Positions 17,527 through 27,716 of a DNA stretch of 64,000 nucleotides are shown piece by piece (within the stretch, counting starts at the first letter, position 1; each line of letters starts with the position of its first letter). A program made the position numbers and the translations under genes. Location: assembly GCF_050250995.1 (NCBI RefSeq), contig NZ_JBFWNP010000030.1, positions 367-64,366 on the forward strand, in the 5' to 3' direction. The notes under the pieces were generated by a model. It worked only from the letters and a program-made list of their open reading frames with translations, was not told the DNA's origin and searched no databases. The DNA comes from Ramlibacter sp. (GTDB lineage: Bacteria > Pseudomonadota > Gammaproteobacteria > Burkholderiales > Burkholderiaceae_C).

Positions 17527-18135
17527 ATGACATCCACGGTCCCGGGTCCTGACGGACTACCTCGTTGCAGCTGGTGCGCCGGCGCCCCACCCGACTACGT
17601 CGCCTACCACGACCGCGAATGGGGGTTCCCCGTGGCGGACGACCATCGCCTGTTCGAGAAAGTCAGCCTCGAGGGATTCCAGTCGGGCTTGAGCTGGCGC
17701 ACGATCCTCGACAAGCGGGAAAACTTCCGCGCGGCTTTCAAGGGATTCGATTTCCGCAAAGTCGCGCGCTTCGGCGAGAAAGACGTCGCGCGCCTGCTTG
17801 CCGATGCGGGCATCGTGCGCCACCGCGGCAAGATCGAAGCCGTGATCAACAACGCGAAGCGCGCGTGCGAGTTGGTCCAGGAGACGGACACGCTGGCGGC
17901 GTACTTCTGGCGCTTCGAGCCCGCTGCGCACGAGGTCGACGCACATCGCTCGGTCCCGGTCTCGCGAGCTTCGCGCGACCTGTCCAAGGACCTGAAAAGG
18001 CGCGGGTGGAAATTCGTCGGCCCGACCACCATGCACGCCTTGATCCAGGCCATGGGGCTGGTGAATGACCATGCCGAGGGGTGCGTGACCCGGGCAAAGG
18101 TGGAGCAGGCGCGCAAGAGATTCAAGCGCCCATAG
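17527..18135 (+). CDS. tag: DNA-3-methyladenine glycosylase I
   Basis: RCSWC...YHDREWG, LEGFQSGLSW, IVRHRGKIEAVINNA, FVGPTT, NDH...C. Confidence 0.93.
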   Translation: MTSTVPGPDGLPRCSWCAGAPPDYVAYHDREWGFPVADDHRLFEKVSLEGFQSGLSWRTILDKRENFRAAFKGFDFRKVARFGEKDVARLLADAGIVRHRGKIEAVINNAKRACELVQETDTLAAYFWRFEPAAHEVDAHRSVPVSRASRDLSKDLKRRGWKFVGPTTMHALIQAMGLVNDHAEGCVTRAKVEQARKRFKRP

Positions 18136-18145
18136 TTATCAGCGC

Positions 18146-19201
18146 CTACGCCTCCAGCGGCAGCAGCTCCGACACCGGCGCGCCATTGAGCAGCAACGCG
18201 CGCCCGATCCGGGCCGACGGATCGGCGGACCGCGACAGCGCGTCCTGGTAGACGCCCACCTGCCAGCCCATCTGGCGAGCGAACTCGCGCAACGCGAGTG
18301 CATGCGCGACGGTGGCGCCGGGCAGGATCGTGCAGCTCGCGTCGCCGCTTCGCTTGCTCAGCACGGCAATCGTCACTTCGCCGCAGGCGAGCGCAACGAC
18401 CAGGGGCGAATCCGAAGCGTCGGCGCCGCGCGTGGTCTGCGCCGCGCGGCGCAGGGCCATCGCGGCCTCGATCGCGTCCGAGATGCCCGATTCCATGGTG
18501 CCGTACTGGTGCGCATCGAACACCGCCACCACTTCCGCCCCGTACGGCAGCACGGCGATCGCGCCCATCTTGTAGAGCGAGTCGCGCGCGGCCCGGAACA
18601 TCTCCACGAGCATGCCCGATCCCACGCTATCCTCGCCGAGCGCGCCGAACAGGTTGGTCAGGAGCACCGTCGCATTCGACAGCACCAGCAGGCCGTGCCG
18701 GTCGACCGCGTTCAGCCAGGGCACGGCGCCCGCGGAGAGGACCTCCAGCGAGGCGGGCATGGTCTTGTCCGGCTCGCGCAGCGCGGCGGCGAATGCCTGC
18801 TGGTGCTGCTGGCGGCCCGTGTCGGCGCGCACCGCATGACGGCGCAGCAGCGCCGCGACGGCATCGACGAGCTCCTGCGCGCTGTACGGCTTGCTCAGGT
18901 AGTCGTCGGCGCCGCTGGTCATGCCCACGCGCATCTGCACGCGATCGGACAAGGTGCTCAGCAGCAGCAAGGGCGTGTGCGCGATGGCGGGGTCCGCGCG
19001 CAGCGCCGTGGCGAGCTGGAAGCCGTTGAGCCCCGGCATGACCACGGCACTGACCACGACGTCGGGCCGCTCGGTGTGGATCAGCGCGAAGCCCCGGTCG
19101 CTTTCGCTCGCGACGAGCGTCTCGTGGCCCGCGCCCTGCAGCGCGCGCGCCGTCAGCAACTGCTGCACGGTGTCGTGGTCGATGACGAGAATCCTGGCCA
19201 T
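18146..19201 (-). CDS. Response-regulator-like protein: pseudo-receiver + degenerate class III nucleotide cyclase-like domain
   Basis: ARILVIDHD...PDVVVSAVVMPGLNG (A at the phospho-Asp position), DYLSKPY; output NATVLLTNLF...GAEVVAVF...PGATVAHALAL. Confidence 0.7.
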   Translation of the reverse strand: MARILVIDHDTVQQLLTARALQGAGHETLVASESDRGFALIHTERPDVVVSAVVMPGLNGFQLATALRADPAIAHTPLLLLSTLSDRVQMRVGMTSGADDYLSKPYSAQELVDAVAALLRRHAVRADTGRQQHQQAFAAALREPDKTMPASLEVLSAGAVPWLNAVDRHGLLVLSNATVLLTNLFGALGEDSVGSGMLVEMFRAARDSLYKMGAIAVLPYGAEVVAVFDAHQYGTMESGISDAIEAAMALRRAAQTTRGADASDSPLVVALACGEVTIAVLSKRSGDASCTILPGATVAHALALREFARQMGWQVGVYQDALSRSADPSARIGRALLLNGAPVSELLPLEA

Positions 19202-19218
19202 GCGCAACCAGGCTCTGC

Positions 19219-21105
19219 TTACGTCAGCAGCGCGTTGACACGCTTCACATACGCCGCCGGGTCTTCCGGCATGCCGCCTTCGGCGAGCAGCGCCTGGTCG
19301 AACAGGATGTGCGCGAGGTCGTGGAAGTTCGGCGAGCCTTCGAGCTTCTTCACGAGCGCGTGCTCGGCGTTCACTTCGAGCACGGGCTTCACGTCCGGCG
19401 CCTTCTGGCCCGCCTGCTTCAGCATGCGCGCGAGCTGCATGCTCATGCCGTCGTCCTTCGCCACCAGGCACGCCGGCGAATCGACGAGGCGCGTCGTGAC
19501 GCGCACGTCCTCCGCCTTGTCCTTCAGCGCTTCCTTCAGCTTCGCGAGCAGCGGCTTGAACGACTCCGCGGCTTCCTCCGCGGCCTTCTTCTCGGCCTCG
19601 TCCTGCAGCTTGCCCAGGTCGACCTGGCCGCGCGCGACGGATTGCAGGGGCGTGCCGTCGAACTCGTTGAGGTAGTTCAGCGCCCACTCGTCCACGCGGT
19701 CGGTCATGAGCAGCACTTCGATGCCCTTCTTGCGGAAGACCTCGAGCTGCGGACTGTTCTTCGCGGCCGCGGCCGTGTCGGCGGTGATGTAGTAGATGGC
19801 CTCCTGGCCTTCCTTCATCCGCGCCTTGTAGTCGGCGAGCGATACGGTCGCGGCGTCCGTGGTGGTGGACGCGAAGCGCAGCAGCTTCGCGATGCGCTCC
19901 TTGTTGCCGAAGTCCTCGCCCAGGCCTTCCTTCAGCACCGCGCCGAACTCCGACCAGAACTTGCCGTAGTCCTCGCCGCCCTCGGCCTTCGCCAGGTCCT
20001 CCAGCATCGACAGCACGCGGCGCGTGTTGCCCTCGCGGATGGCCCGCACGTCGCGGCTTTCCTGCAGCAGCTCGCGGCTCACGTTCAGCGGCAGGTCGGC
20101 GGAGTCGACCACGCCCTTCACGAAGCGCAGGTACAGCGGCAGCAGCGACTCGGCCTCGTCCATGATGAAGACGCGCTTCACGTAAAGCTTCACGCCATGC
20201 GGCTTGTCGCGGTTCCACAGGTCGAACGGCGCCTTCGCCGGCACGTACAGCAGCTGCGTGTACTCCGTGCTGCCCTCCACGCGGTTGTGGCTCCAGGCCA
20301 GCGGGTCTTCGTGGTCGTGCGAGATCTGCTTGTAGAACGCCTTGTACTGTTCGTCCGTCACGTCCTTCTTCGGCCGCGTCCAAAGCGCGCTCGCCTGGTT
20401 GACGGTCTCCCATTCGTCGGTGAGCACCATTTCGCCGGGCTGGTCGTTCTCGCCTTCCTTCCACTCTTCCTTGCGCATGAGGATGGGCAGCGAGATGTGG
20501 TCGGAGTATTTGGAGACGATGGACTTGAGCTTCCACACCGACAGGTATTCGGTGCTGTCCTCGCGCAGGTGCAGCGTGACGCTCGTGCCGCGCTCGGGGC
20601 GCGTGATGGTCTCGACCTCGAAGTCGCCGGTGCCCGCGCTCGTCCAGCGCACGCCCTCTTCGGGCTTCTGGCCGGCGCGGCGCGACTCCACCGTGATGCG
20701 GTCCGCGACGATGAAGCCGGAGTAGAAGCCCACGCCGAACTGGCCGATCAGCTGGGCGTCGGACTTCTGGTCGCCCGAGAGCTTGCCCATGAACTCCTTG
20801 GTGCCGCTCTTGGCGATGGTGCCCAGGTTGTCCACGGCCTCCTGCTGCGACATGCCGATGCCGTTGTCCGCGATGGTCAGCGTGCGCTGCGCCTTGTCGA
20901 AGGAGATGCGCACCTCGAGGTTCGGCGCGTCCTCGTAGAGCGTGCCGTCGTTGAGCGCCTCGAAGCGCAGCTTGTCGCACGCGTCGGACGCGTTGGAGAT
21001 CAGCTCGCGAAGGAAGATCTCCTTGTTGGAGTAGAGCGAGTGCGTGACGAGGTGCAGGAGTTGCGCGACCTCGGCCTGGAACGACAGGGTTTGTTTCTGG
21101 CTCAT
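19219..21105 (-). CDS. htpG: Molecular chaperone HtpG (Hsp90)
   Basis: [53 protein letters not shown]. Confidence 0.98.
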   Translation of the reverse strand: MSQKQTLSFQAEVAQLLHLVTHSLYSNKEIFLRELISNASDACDKLRFEALNDGTLYEDAPNLEVRISFDKAQRTLTIADNGIGMSQQEAVDNLGTIAKSGTKEFMGKLSGDQKSDAQLIGQFGVGFYSGFIVADRITVESRRAGQKPEEGVRWTSAGTGDFEVETITRPERGTSVTLHLREDSTEYLSVWKLKSIVSKYSDHISLPILMRKEEWKEGENDQPGEMVLTDEWETVNQASALWTRPKKDVTDEQYKAFYKQISHDHEDPLAWSHNRVEGSTEYTQLLYVPAKAPFDLWNRDKPHGVKLYVKRVFIMDEAESLLPLYLRFVKGVVDSADLPLNVSRELLQESRDVRAIREGNTRRVLSMLEDLAKAEGGEDYGKFWSEFGAVLKEGLGEDFGNKERIAKLLRFASTTTDAATVSLADYKARMKEGQEAIYYITADTAAAAKNSPQLEVFRKKGIEVLLMTDRVDEWALNYLNEFDGTPLQSVARGQVDLGKLQDEAEKKAAEEAAESFKPLLAKLKEALKDKAEDVRVTTRLVDSPACLVAKDDGMSMQLARMLKQAGQKAPDVKPVLEVNAEHALVKKLEGSPNFHDLAHILFDQALLAEGGMPEDPAAYVKRVNALLT

Positions 21106-21148
21106 TTTTTTTGTCGTGGCGTGATGAAGAAAAAGGGATGCGGCGGAG

Positions 21149-21176
21149 ATTTGCGGGCCACCCCGCGATTTTCAAG
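21149..21176 (-). promoter_or_regulatory. Probable sigma32 promoter of htpG
   Basis: Minus strand cTTGAAA-N13-CCGCAAAT versus consensus TTGAAA-N13-14-CCCCATNT. Confidence 0.5.
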
Positions 21177-21271
21177 CCGGCGCGGTCGAGTTGCGGCAGC
21201 GTGACAAATATGACGTGGACGGGTCGATTTCCCCGATTGTGCGCCGAGCCCTGTTGGACAAGGAATGACAA

Positions 21272-21517
21272 GTGGTTACAGTACAGGCCGTGAACCCGAA
21301 TCCTTCCGTGACCATCAAGCGCGTGCGGCGGCCCGCAGCGGCGGCGTCGCTCACGTTGACGCTGCATCAGCTGGCTGTCGCGCAAGTGATCGCCGCGGAC
21401 GCCCTGCCCACGGAGTTCGGGCGGATCGCGGTGCGGGCGGAAGTCGAAGCGGAGCCCATCCGTACGCCGATGCCGGGCGCGGGCTTCACGCCACTGCTGC
21501 TGACGCTGACGTTCTAG
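21272..21517 (+). CDS. Small hypothetical protein (81 aa)
   Basis: AAGGA SD 8 nt before GTG; fills the gap between divergent htpG and the convergent response regulator. Confidence 0.5.
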   Translation: MVTVQAVNPNPSVTIKRVRRPAAAASLTLTLHQLAVAQVIAADALPTEFGRIAVRAEVEAEPIRTPMPGAGFTPLLLTLTF

Positions 21518-21539
21518 GGACCCGGCCAGACCGCCGGGG

Positions 21540-22184
21540 TCAGGGCGCAATGAGCTGGTGCTTCAGGGCGTAGCGCGTCAGAGTGGCGATGTCATTCATC
21601 CGCAGCCGCTCCATGATGCGAGCCCGATGCGCGTCGACCGTCTTGGTGCTGAGGTTCAGCGCGTAGGCAATCTCCTTGGCCGACTCCCCGCTGGCAAGCC
21701 GCTTGACGATCTCGATCTGCCGCTCCGTGAGAACGTCCGTGGGCGAGGGCTCGGTCTTGGACAGCAGCAGCGCCGCGACGCCGGGACTCCAGTACGTCCC
21801 CCGTTCCAGGATGCTCTGGATCGCGTTGCCGAACTCCTGCGACGACGCGTCCTTCATCACGTAGCCGGCGGCACCCGCGGCCGCCGCACGCTTGACCATG
21901 TCGGCCGTGTTGTGCGCCGACACGACCACGGCGCGCACACCCGGGCAGCTATTGGACAGTTCGCGGATGGCGCCGATTCCGTCGAGCCTGGGCATTTCCA
22001 GGTCGGTGAAAACGATGTCGGGCTCCAGGGCCTGCGCCACCCGGACCAGCTCGTCGCCGCTGCCCGCCTCCGCGACGACTTCGACGGACGGCAGCTGTTC
22101 GAGCAACGCCCGGAAGCCCGCCCGGGTGAGCATGTGGTCGTCGGCGAGGATGACGCGGACTTTCTGCGCCTGGATCTTCTGCAT
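21540..22184 (-). CDS. NarL/LuxR-family response regulator
   Basis: VILADDH, TDLEMP, GYVMK; HTH LTERQIEIV...KEIAYALNLSTKTVDAHR. Confidence 0.93.
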   Translation of the reverse strand: MQKIQAQKVRVILADDHMLTRAGFRALLEQLPSVEVVAEAGSGDELVRVAQALEPDIVFTDLEMPRLDGIGAIRELSNSCPGVRAVVVSAHNTADMVKRAAAAGAAGYVMKDASSQEFGNAIQSILERGTYWSPGVAALLLSKTEPSPTDVLTERQIEIVKRLASGESAKEIAYALNLSTKTVDAHRARIMERLRMNDIATLTRYALKHQLIAP

Positions 22185-22188
22185 GGAT

Positions 22189-25100
22189 TCACTCCTGGAG
22201 CGACCACTCGCGCTGGCCGCGAACGGCCTGCGCAAGCGCATCGAAAGAACTCTGGACGGCGAGCATCGCCCGCTTCGCGCCGGCGTCGTCGGCTCCGCGC
22301 AGGCACGCCTCGAGTTGTCCGGCGGCGGACTGCAGGTCGGATGCGCCGAGCATCGACGCGGCGCCTCGCAGCGAGTGGGCCAGGGCGCGCGCCGCTTCGC
22401 GTTCGCAGCGCGCGACACAGTCCGCCAGGCGAACGAGTTCCGGCGCCTGCGTGTCGACAAGCAGGTCGAGCATCTGGAGGTAGCGCGCGGGCTGGCCGCT
22501 GAAGTCGCGCACGCGCTCGGGATCCATGAGAGGCGAACTGGCGAGCGCTTCCAGGGTCTGGTCGCTGCCCTGCGGCACGGCGGCGGGCTCAGGCGGCGGC
22601 TCGGCGCGCGGGGTGGCCGGCAGCCACTTCAGCAGCATGCCGTACAGCTGTGAAGGACGCATCGGCTTCGGCAGGAAATCGTTCATGCCGGCTTCGGAAC
22701 AGCGCTTGCGGTCCTCGGCCATCACGTTGGCCGTCAACGCGATGATCGGGCAGTCGCCGCCCGCGGGCAGCGCGCGGATACGCTGCGTCGTCTCGACCCC
22801 GTCCATGCCCGGCATCTGCATGTCCATGAGGATGATGTCGTACGCGTTCGACGCCGCCAGCTCCACGGCCCGCGCGCCGTCGCTGGCGTGGTCGACGCGC
22901 AGGCCCGCGGCGCCGAGGAAATCGAGCACCACCTGGGCGCTGACCGTGTTGTCTTCGGTCAGCAGGACGCGCCGGCCTTCGTAGCGCTCCCGTATCGAAA
23001 GCGCCGTGGCCCCCTGGTCCGCGTTCGCCGCATGCGCGGGCTCGTCCGACCGGGGCAGCCGCACGGTCATCGAGAACGTGCTGCCGAGTCCTTCCGTGCT
23101 CGCTACATCGACCGAGCCACCCATCATCTCCGCGAAGTGTTTGGTGATCGCGAGGCCCAACCCCGTCCCCCCGAATTTTCGCGAAGTCGAGTTGTCGAGC
23201 TGCTCGAAAGGCGCGAACAGACTGGACAGCCGGTCCGCCGGAATGCCGATGCCGGTGTCCTCGACCTCGAAGCGGATGAGCGCGTCCTTTTCGTTCTCCT
23301 CGAGGACACGGCAGCGCAGCGCCACCTTGCCGCGCGACGTGAACTTGATCGCGTTGCCCACGTAGTTGAGGATGGCCTGGCGCAGGCGCGTCGGATCGCC
23401 GCGCAGCACGAGCGTCGAATCGCGCCCGCCGGTGCTCAGTTCGAGCCCCTTCGCGAGCGCCTGGGGTCGAACCATCGAATCCACATCCGCGAGCAAGGCG
23501 CCGAGGGCGAAGGGGATTTCCTCCAGCGTCAGCTTGCCGGCCTCGACCTTGGAGAGATCCAGGATGTCGTTCACGAGCTCCACGAGGTGCTCGCCCGAGC
23601 GCTCGATCTGCTGCAGCCGCGCCGCCTGGGCCGGCGTCATGCCGTCCTTCCGGAGGAGGTGGGTGAGGCCGATGATCGCATGGAGCGGCGTGCGGATCTC
23701 GTGGCTCATGTTGGCGAGGAAGTCGCTCTTGGCCCGGTTGGCCGCATCGGCGGCATCGCGCGCGGCCACCAGTTCCACCGTTCGCGTCACCACGAGCTGT
23801 TCCAGGGCTTCGCGCTGCATCTGCCTGTCGATGTGGGTGGACATCAGCTGCGCCAGGGACTCGAGCACCGCGCGCTCTTCCTTCAGGAACGGGCCTTCGT
23901 CGCCGGGTGGCCGCTCCTGCGTGTAAGCAACCTCGATCGTTCCGCGGCCGCCTGCCGTCGTGAAGTCCTGGCACTGACGCCACGGCGAATCGCGCCACCC
24001 CGGCGTCTCCGCGACGAACGCCTCGTAGCGGACCCGCGCCTCGCAACACTCCGGAAACTGCCAGGCGGGCGGGATCATGGGGGCCAGCAGAGCCGGCAGG
24101 TCGCCGATCTCGACGCTGCTCTCCTGCAGTTGCTTCGCGAACCGATGCAGCAGCTCCAGCTCCTTCACGCGCTCGCCCAACTGGCGCATGACCCGCTTCC
24201 GCTCTGTGACATCGAAGTTCAGCCCGACAATCCGCATCGGCGCTCCCGGCTCGCCTTCGACCAGCCGGGCCGCGCGCTCTATATAGCGGACCTCGCCATC
24301 GGGGAGGACGGTGCGGAAATCGCTCAGGATATGGCGCACCTCACCCCGCTCGAGCTGCATCATCCTGGCGGCCACCTCGTCCCGGTCGGCGGGATGGATC
24401 GTCTCATACCATGCTTCCCGCAGAAGGCCCTCGCCCGCCGGCGGCGGGACGAGACCATGGCGCCTGTACTGCGTCATGTCGGCATGGATAAACCGGCTGC
24501 CGACGTCGCGGAACCAGACCCCGATCTGCCCGACTTCGAGCGCCAGGTCGAGACTCGCCTGGACGAGGCGGCGCTCGCGCAGTTCCTCGTTGGCTCGTTG
24601 CAGCACGCGCCGCAGCGACGCGGAGATCATCTCCTGCAGCAACAGCGTCAGCCCCAAGGGCACGGCCAGGAAGGCGAACATCGCCAGCGGCGAAAAGTCG
24701 AACTGGGGCGGCGGCAGCCAGCCGCGCGTCCCGGCCAGCGCCAGAAAGGCGCCGATGCCCACGCACGCGCCCCCGGTGACCTGCGCGCCCCGCTTGCCGA
24801 GCAACAGGCCCGCCATCATCACGAACACGACCACGAACGGGACCAACGGAGCGTGGAGCCCGCCGAGGCGCCACGCGCGCAGCGACACATGCAGCACGAG
24901 CCCGAGCACAAGCAGCCAGCTGCCGGCCGCCGTCCATCCGCACCGGTTCAGCGTGTGGACCGAGACGACCAGGACGGCGAGGACCAGGGTGCTTTGAAGG
25001 CGGGCCTGCAGGGTCTCGGGCTGGAGCGCCACCAGGATGACGATCCCGGCGAGCCAGATGAGCAGCGTGCCCCAGGAAAGCTTCCAGAGGGTCAGCGCAC

Positions 25101-25206
25101 GTTCCGTGCCCTCCGGCGAGTCCAGCTCGGGCGGCATGAACCATTGCGCCAGGGAATTCCGCTCCCTGCGATGCGCTTCATTCTTCACGGGCACCTCCGA
25201 CCTCAC
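22189..25206 (-). CDS. Membrane hybrid sensor histidine kinase (TM, PAS, GAF-like, HisKA, HATPase, REC, Hpt)
   Basis: ANMSHEIRTPL, NYVGNAIKFT, DTGIG, GGTGLGL, ILMDMQMP, AHSLRGAA; start may be ATG 25137. Confidence 0.93.
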   Translation of the reverse strand: MRSEVPVKNEAHRRERNSLAQWFMPPELDSPEGTERALTLWKLSWGTLLIWLAGIVILVALQPETLQARLQSTLVLAVLVVSVHTLNRCGWTAAGSWLLVLGLVLHVSLRAWRLGGLHAPLVPFVVVFVMMAGLLLGKRGAQVTGGACVGIGAFLALAGTRGWLPPPQFDFSPLAMFAFLAVPLGLTLLLQEMISASLRRVLQRANEELRERRLVQASLDLALEVGQIGVWFRDVGSRFIHADMTQYRRHGLVPPPAGEGLLREAWYETIHPADRDEVAARMMQLERGEVRHILSDFRTVLPDGEVRYIERAARLVEGEPGAPMRIVGLNFDVTERKRVMRQLGERVKELELLHRFAKQLQESSVEIGDLPALLAPMIPPAWQFPECCEARVRYEAFVAETPGWRDSPWRQCQDFTTAGGRGTIEVAYTQERPPGDEGPFLKEERAVLESLAQLMSTHIDRQMQREALEQLVVTRTVELVAARDAADAANRAKSDFLANMSHEIRTPLHAIIGLTHLLRKDGMTPAQAARLQQIERSGEHLVELVNDILDLSKVEAGKLTLEEIPFALGALLADVDSMVRPQALAKGLELSTGGRDSTLVLRGDPTRLRQAILNYVGNAIKFTSRGKVALRCRVLEENEKDALIRFEVEDTGIGIPADRLSSLFAPFEQLDNSTSRKFGGTGLGLAITKHFAEMMGGSVDVASTEGLGSTFSMTVRLPRSDEPAHAANADQGATALSIRERYEGRRVLLTEDNTVSAQVVLDFLGAAGLRVDHASDGARAVELAASNAYDIILMDMQMPGMDGVETTQRIRALPAGGDCPIIALTANVMAEDRKRCSEAGMNDFLPKPMRPSQLYGMLLKWLPATPRAEPPPEPAAVPQGSDQTLEALASSPLMDPERVRDFSGQPARYLQMLDLLVDTQAPELVRLADCVARCEREAARALAHSLRGAASMLGASDLQSAAGQLEACLRGADDAGAKRAMLAVQSSFDALAQAVRGQREWSLQE

Positions 25207-25226
25207 TTTAGTCTACACCGCGGACC

Positions 25227-25263
25227 CCGACGCGCCGACGCGGCCGACGCGGCCGACGGCGAC
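25227..25263. repeat. Tandem CCGACGCG(G) repeats, about 4 units
   Basis: Read directly in the divergent intergenic region. Confidence 0.7.
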
Positions 25264-25367
25264 ACTGACTGAAGCTCGCTGCATCCAATTCCCTAAGGCG
25301 GCCGCACATCGCTCGGCTCTACTGTGTCCATCGCCGGCAATGTCCGGCTTGCCCCAAGGAGACCGGA

Positions 25368-25892
25368 ATGGCGCAAGCGCATCACGTGACCGATTGGTCA
25401 GACTCGGCCGCCCGTGCCCTGGAGGTGGTCACGCGTGAATTCGTGGTGGTCACCGCGGAGTCCGCGGACCTCCGGTCGTTCCAGCCGCTGTGCGCGTTCC
25501 TGCGCCGGGTCCGCAAGGGATTCGGCGTGACCGCGGCCTTCATCTGCGAAGCCAGCGACGGTGAGACGTTCGTGCGCAGTCGCGATGCCGTCAACCTCTC
25601 GGGCGCCGACGAGCTGCGGTCGATGTACGGGATGCGCTTGCTGACCACGGGCGCGGCACAAGGCCGTGCGCATTCCTGCGTCGCCATTCCCGTCATCACC
25701 CGCGACGGCCTCGAAGTCGGCACCCTGTGCGGCCGCCTCGCCGACGCAGGCTCGCCGCTCGACCCGGGCGCCCTGGACTCCCTCGCACAGCTGATCGCCA
25801 ACTGGTTCGACGACGCCGAACTCTCGATCAGTGGGTTCACCCCGCTGTCCGCCGGGTCGGGGATGTCCAGCGCCATGGCGGCGGCATGGTGA
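25368..25892 (+). CDS. Stand-alone GAF-like protein
   Basis: LRRVRKGFGVTAAFI...VAIPVITRDGLEVGTLCG...ALDSLAQLIA; AAGGAG SD. Confidence 0.6.
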   Translation: MAQAHHVTDWSDSAARALEVVTREFVVVTAESADLRSFQPLCAFLRRVRKGFGVTAAFICEASDGETFVRSRDAVNLSGADELRSMYGMRLLTTGAAQGRAHSCVAIPVITRDGLEVGTLCGRLADAGSPLDPGALDSLAQLIANWFDDAELSISGFTPLSAGSGMSSAMAAAW

Positions 25893-25935
25893 ATCGACGC
25901 AAGGCCCCGACGGCTGTCGGGGCCGGCGCCGGACA

Positions 25936-26955
25936 TCAGCGCGGCAGCGATTCCACCTCGCGCGTCCACCGGTCCACCAGGCGACGCCGCTCGCTCGCGC
26001 GGCCGAACTTCTCGAAGTCGTACTTGATCAGCCGCACCTCGTCCATGGCCGGGATGCGCAGATCGGGCTTGAAGGTCTTGTTGGCCGGCACCTGCAGGCT
26101 GTTGGCGCGCGCGCCGATCTGCTGGCCCTCCCGGCTCATCAGCCAGTCGTAATAGCGCCGCGCGGCGTCGCGGTTGCGCGAGCCCTTGATGAGCGCGATG
26201 CCGCCGATCTCGTAGCTCGTGCCTTCGCACGGCGCGGCGGAATGCACCGGGAATTTGTTGGTGAGCCGCTCGTTCTCGAAGCCGAAGATGAAGCTCAGGC
26301 CGACACCCACCTCGCCTTTGGCCACGCTGCGCGCCTGGGCGGTGCCGCTGCGGGTGTACTGGGTGACGTTGCGGTGCAGCTTCTTCATGTAGTCGAAGGC
26401 GGCGTCCTCGCCCATCATCTGCACGAGCCCGGCGAGGATCGTGTAGCCGGTGCCGCTCGAGCCGGGGTGCGAAGTCTCGATCTCGCCCTTGTAGCGCGGA
26501 TCGAGCAGGTCCTTCCAGCACTTGGGCGCGGGGACCTTCTTCTTCCTCAGCACCTCGTCGTTCCAGCCGAAGCCGATGGCGCTCGTGTAGAAGCCGCCCA
26601 CGTGGTTCTGCGTCATCGCGTACTGCCGAACGGCCCAGCCGTGCAGCGTGTCGAGGTAGTCGGGCCGGTAGGGGTCGAGAATGCCGGCCTCGGCGGCTTG
26701 GTAGAACGGGTCGCCGGTGCCGCCCCACCACAGGTCGGTCTTGGGGTTGGACGCTTCCGCGCGCAACTGCGCGAGCGCCTCGCCCGTCGGCTTGCGCGTC
26801 TGCAGCACGCGCACGCCGGTGGCGCGGGTGAATTCCTGGGCGGCAAGTTCGCACCACGACTGATCGGTGCTGCAGATCGCATTCACCACGCCTTGCGCGT
26901 GGGATGCGCAGGCAAGGACCGCCGTAAAAGCCGCAAGGACGAGTTGCTTGATCAT
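25936..26955 (-). CDS. ABC substrate-binding protein, AfuA/FbpA-like
   Basis: ICSTDQSWCE, WWGGTGDP, PKCWKDLLDPRYKG, SSGTGYT, SYEIGG. Confidence 0.85.
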   Translation of the reverse strand: MIKQLVLAAFTAVLACASHAQGVVNAICSTDQSWCELAAQEFTRATGVRVLQTRKPTGEALAQLRAEASNPKTDLWWGGTGDPFYQAAEAGILDPYRPDYLDTLHGWAVRQYAMTQNHVGGFYTSAIGFGWNDEVLRKKKVPAPKCWKDLLDPRYKGEIETSHPGSSGTGYTILAGLVQMMGEDAAFDYMKKLHRNVTQYTRSGTAQARSVAKGEVGVGLSFIFGFENERLTNKFPVHSAAPCEGTSYEIGGIALIKGSRNRDAARRYYDWLMSREGQQIGARANSLQVPANKTFKPDLRIPAMDEVRLIKYDFEKFGRASERRRLVDRWTREVESLPR

Positions 26956-26957
26956 GA

Positions 26958-27716
26958 TCAGAATTTCTCGAAGGGGGAGAGATAGCGCCATTGGCCCACC
27001 GGCAACTGCCCGAGCGTGACGCGGCCGATGCGCACGCGCTTGAGGCCGACCACGCGCAGCCCGACCAGCTCGCACATGCGGCGGATCTGCCGCTTGCGGC
27101 CTTCCCGGAGCACGAAGCGCAACTGCTCGGGGTTCTGCCAGTCGACCCGCGCCGGCTTGAGCATCCGGTCGTCCAGCGACAGGCCGTGCCGCAGCCGCGC
27201 GAGCTGCGCGGGCGGGAAGGCCCGCTGCACGTCGGTCGTCGCCGCGCCGTACTCCACGCGCACGAGGTATTCCTTCTCGACCTCGCTGTCTTCGCCGATC
27301 AGCTGGCGCGCCACGCGGCCGTCCTGCGTCAGCACGAGCAGCCCGGTGGAATCGATGTCGAGCCGCCCCGCCGGCGCGAGCCCCTTGAAGTTCGCGGGGG
27401 AGAAGCGGGTCTTCGACGGATCGCCCGTCCAGTGCGTGGCCGCACCCACCAGCGTGACGGCGGGCTTGTAGCCGTCTTCCGCCTGTCCGCTCACGTAGCC
27501 CACGGGCTTGTGCAGCAGGATCGTCACCTGCTGCTGTTGCCGGCCCTGCGCGCGCTTGTCGACGTCGATGCGCGCCTCGGCCGTCACCTGCTGCCCCATG
27601 AGCGCCACGGCGCCGTCGACCTTCACCCAGCCGTTGGCGATCCACTCGTCGGCCTCGCGGCGCGAGCACAGGCCGAGTTCGGCCATGCGTTTGTTCAGAC
27701 GCGAGGTCTGCGTCAT
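26958..27716 (-). CDS. rluF: S4-domain rRNA pseudouridine synthase (RsuA family, RluF-like)
   Basis: [45 protein letters not shown]. Confidence 0.75.
   Translation of the reverse strand: MTQTSRLNKRMAELGLCSRREADEWIANGWVKVDGAVALMGQQVTAEARIDVDKRAQGRQQQQVTILLHKPVGYVSGQAEDGYKPAVTLVGAATHWTGDPSKTRFSPANFKGLAPAGRLDIDSTGLLVLTQDGRVARQLIGEDSEVEKEYLVRVEYGAATTDVQRAFPPAQLARLRHGLSLDDRMLKPARVDWQNPEQLRFVLREGRKRQIRRMCELVGLRVVGLKRVRIGRVTLGQLPVGQWRYLSPFEKF

Noticed and set aside
18146-21550. 1134-aa ORF in the track
   Set aside because: Only the last 351 aa (from ATG 19201) are real; the rest is an off-frame overlap with htpG.
25227-25263. CRISPR array (also considered for the adhesin repeats)
   Set aside because: Units too short or coding, no unique spacers, no cas genes.
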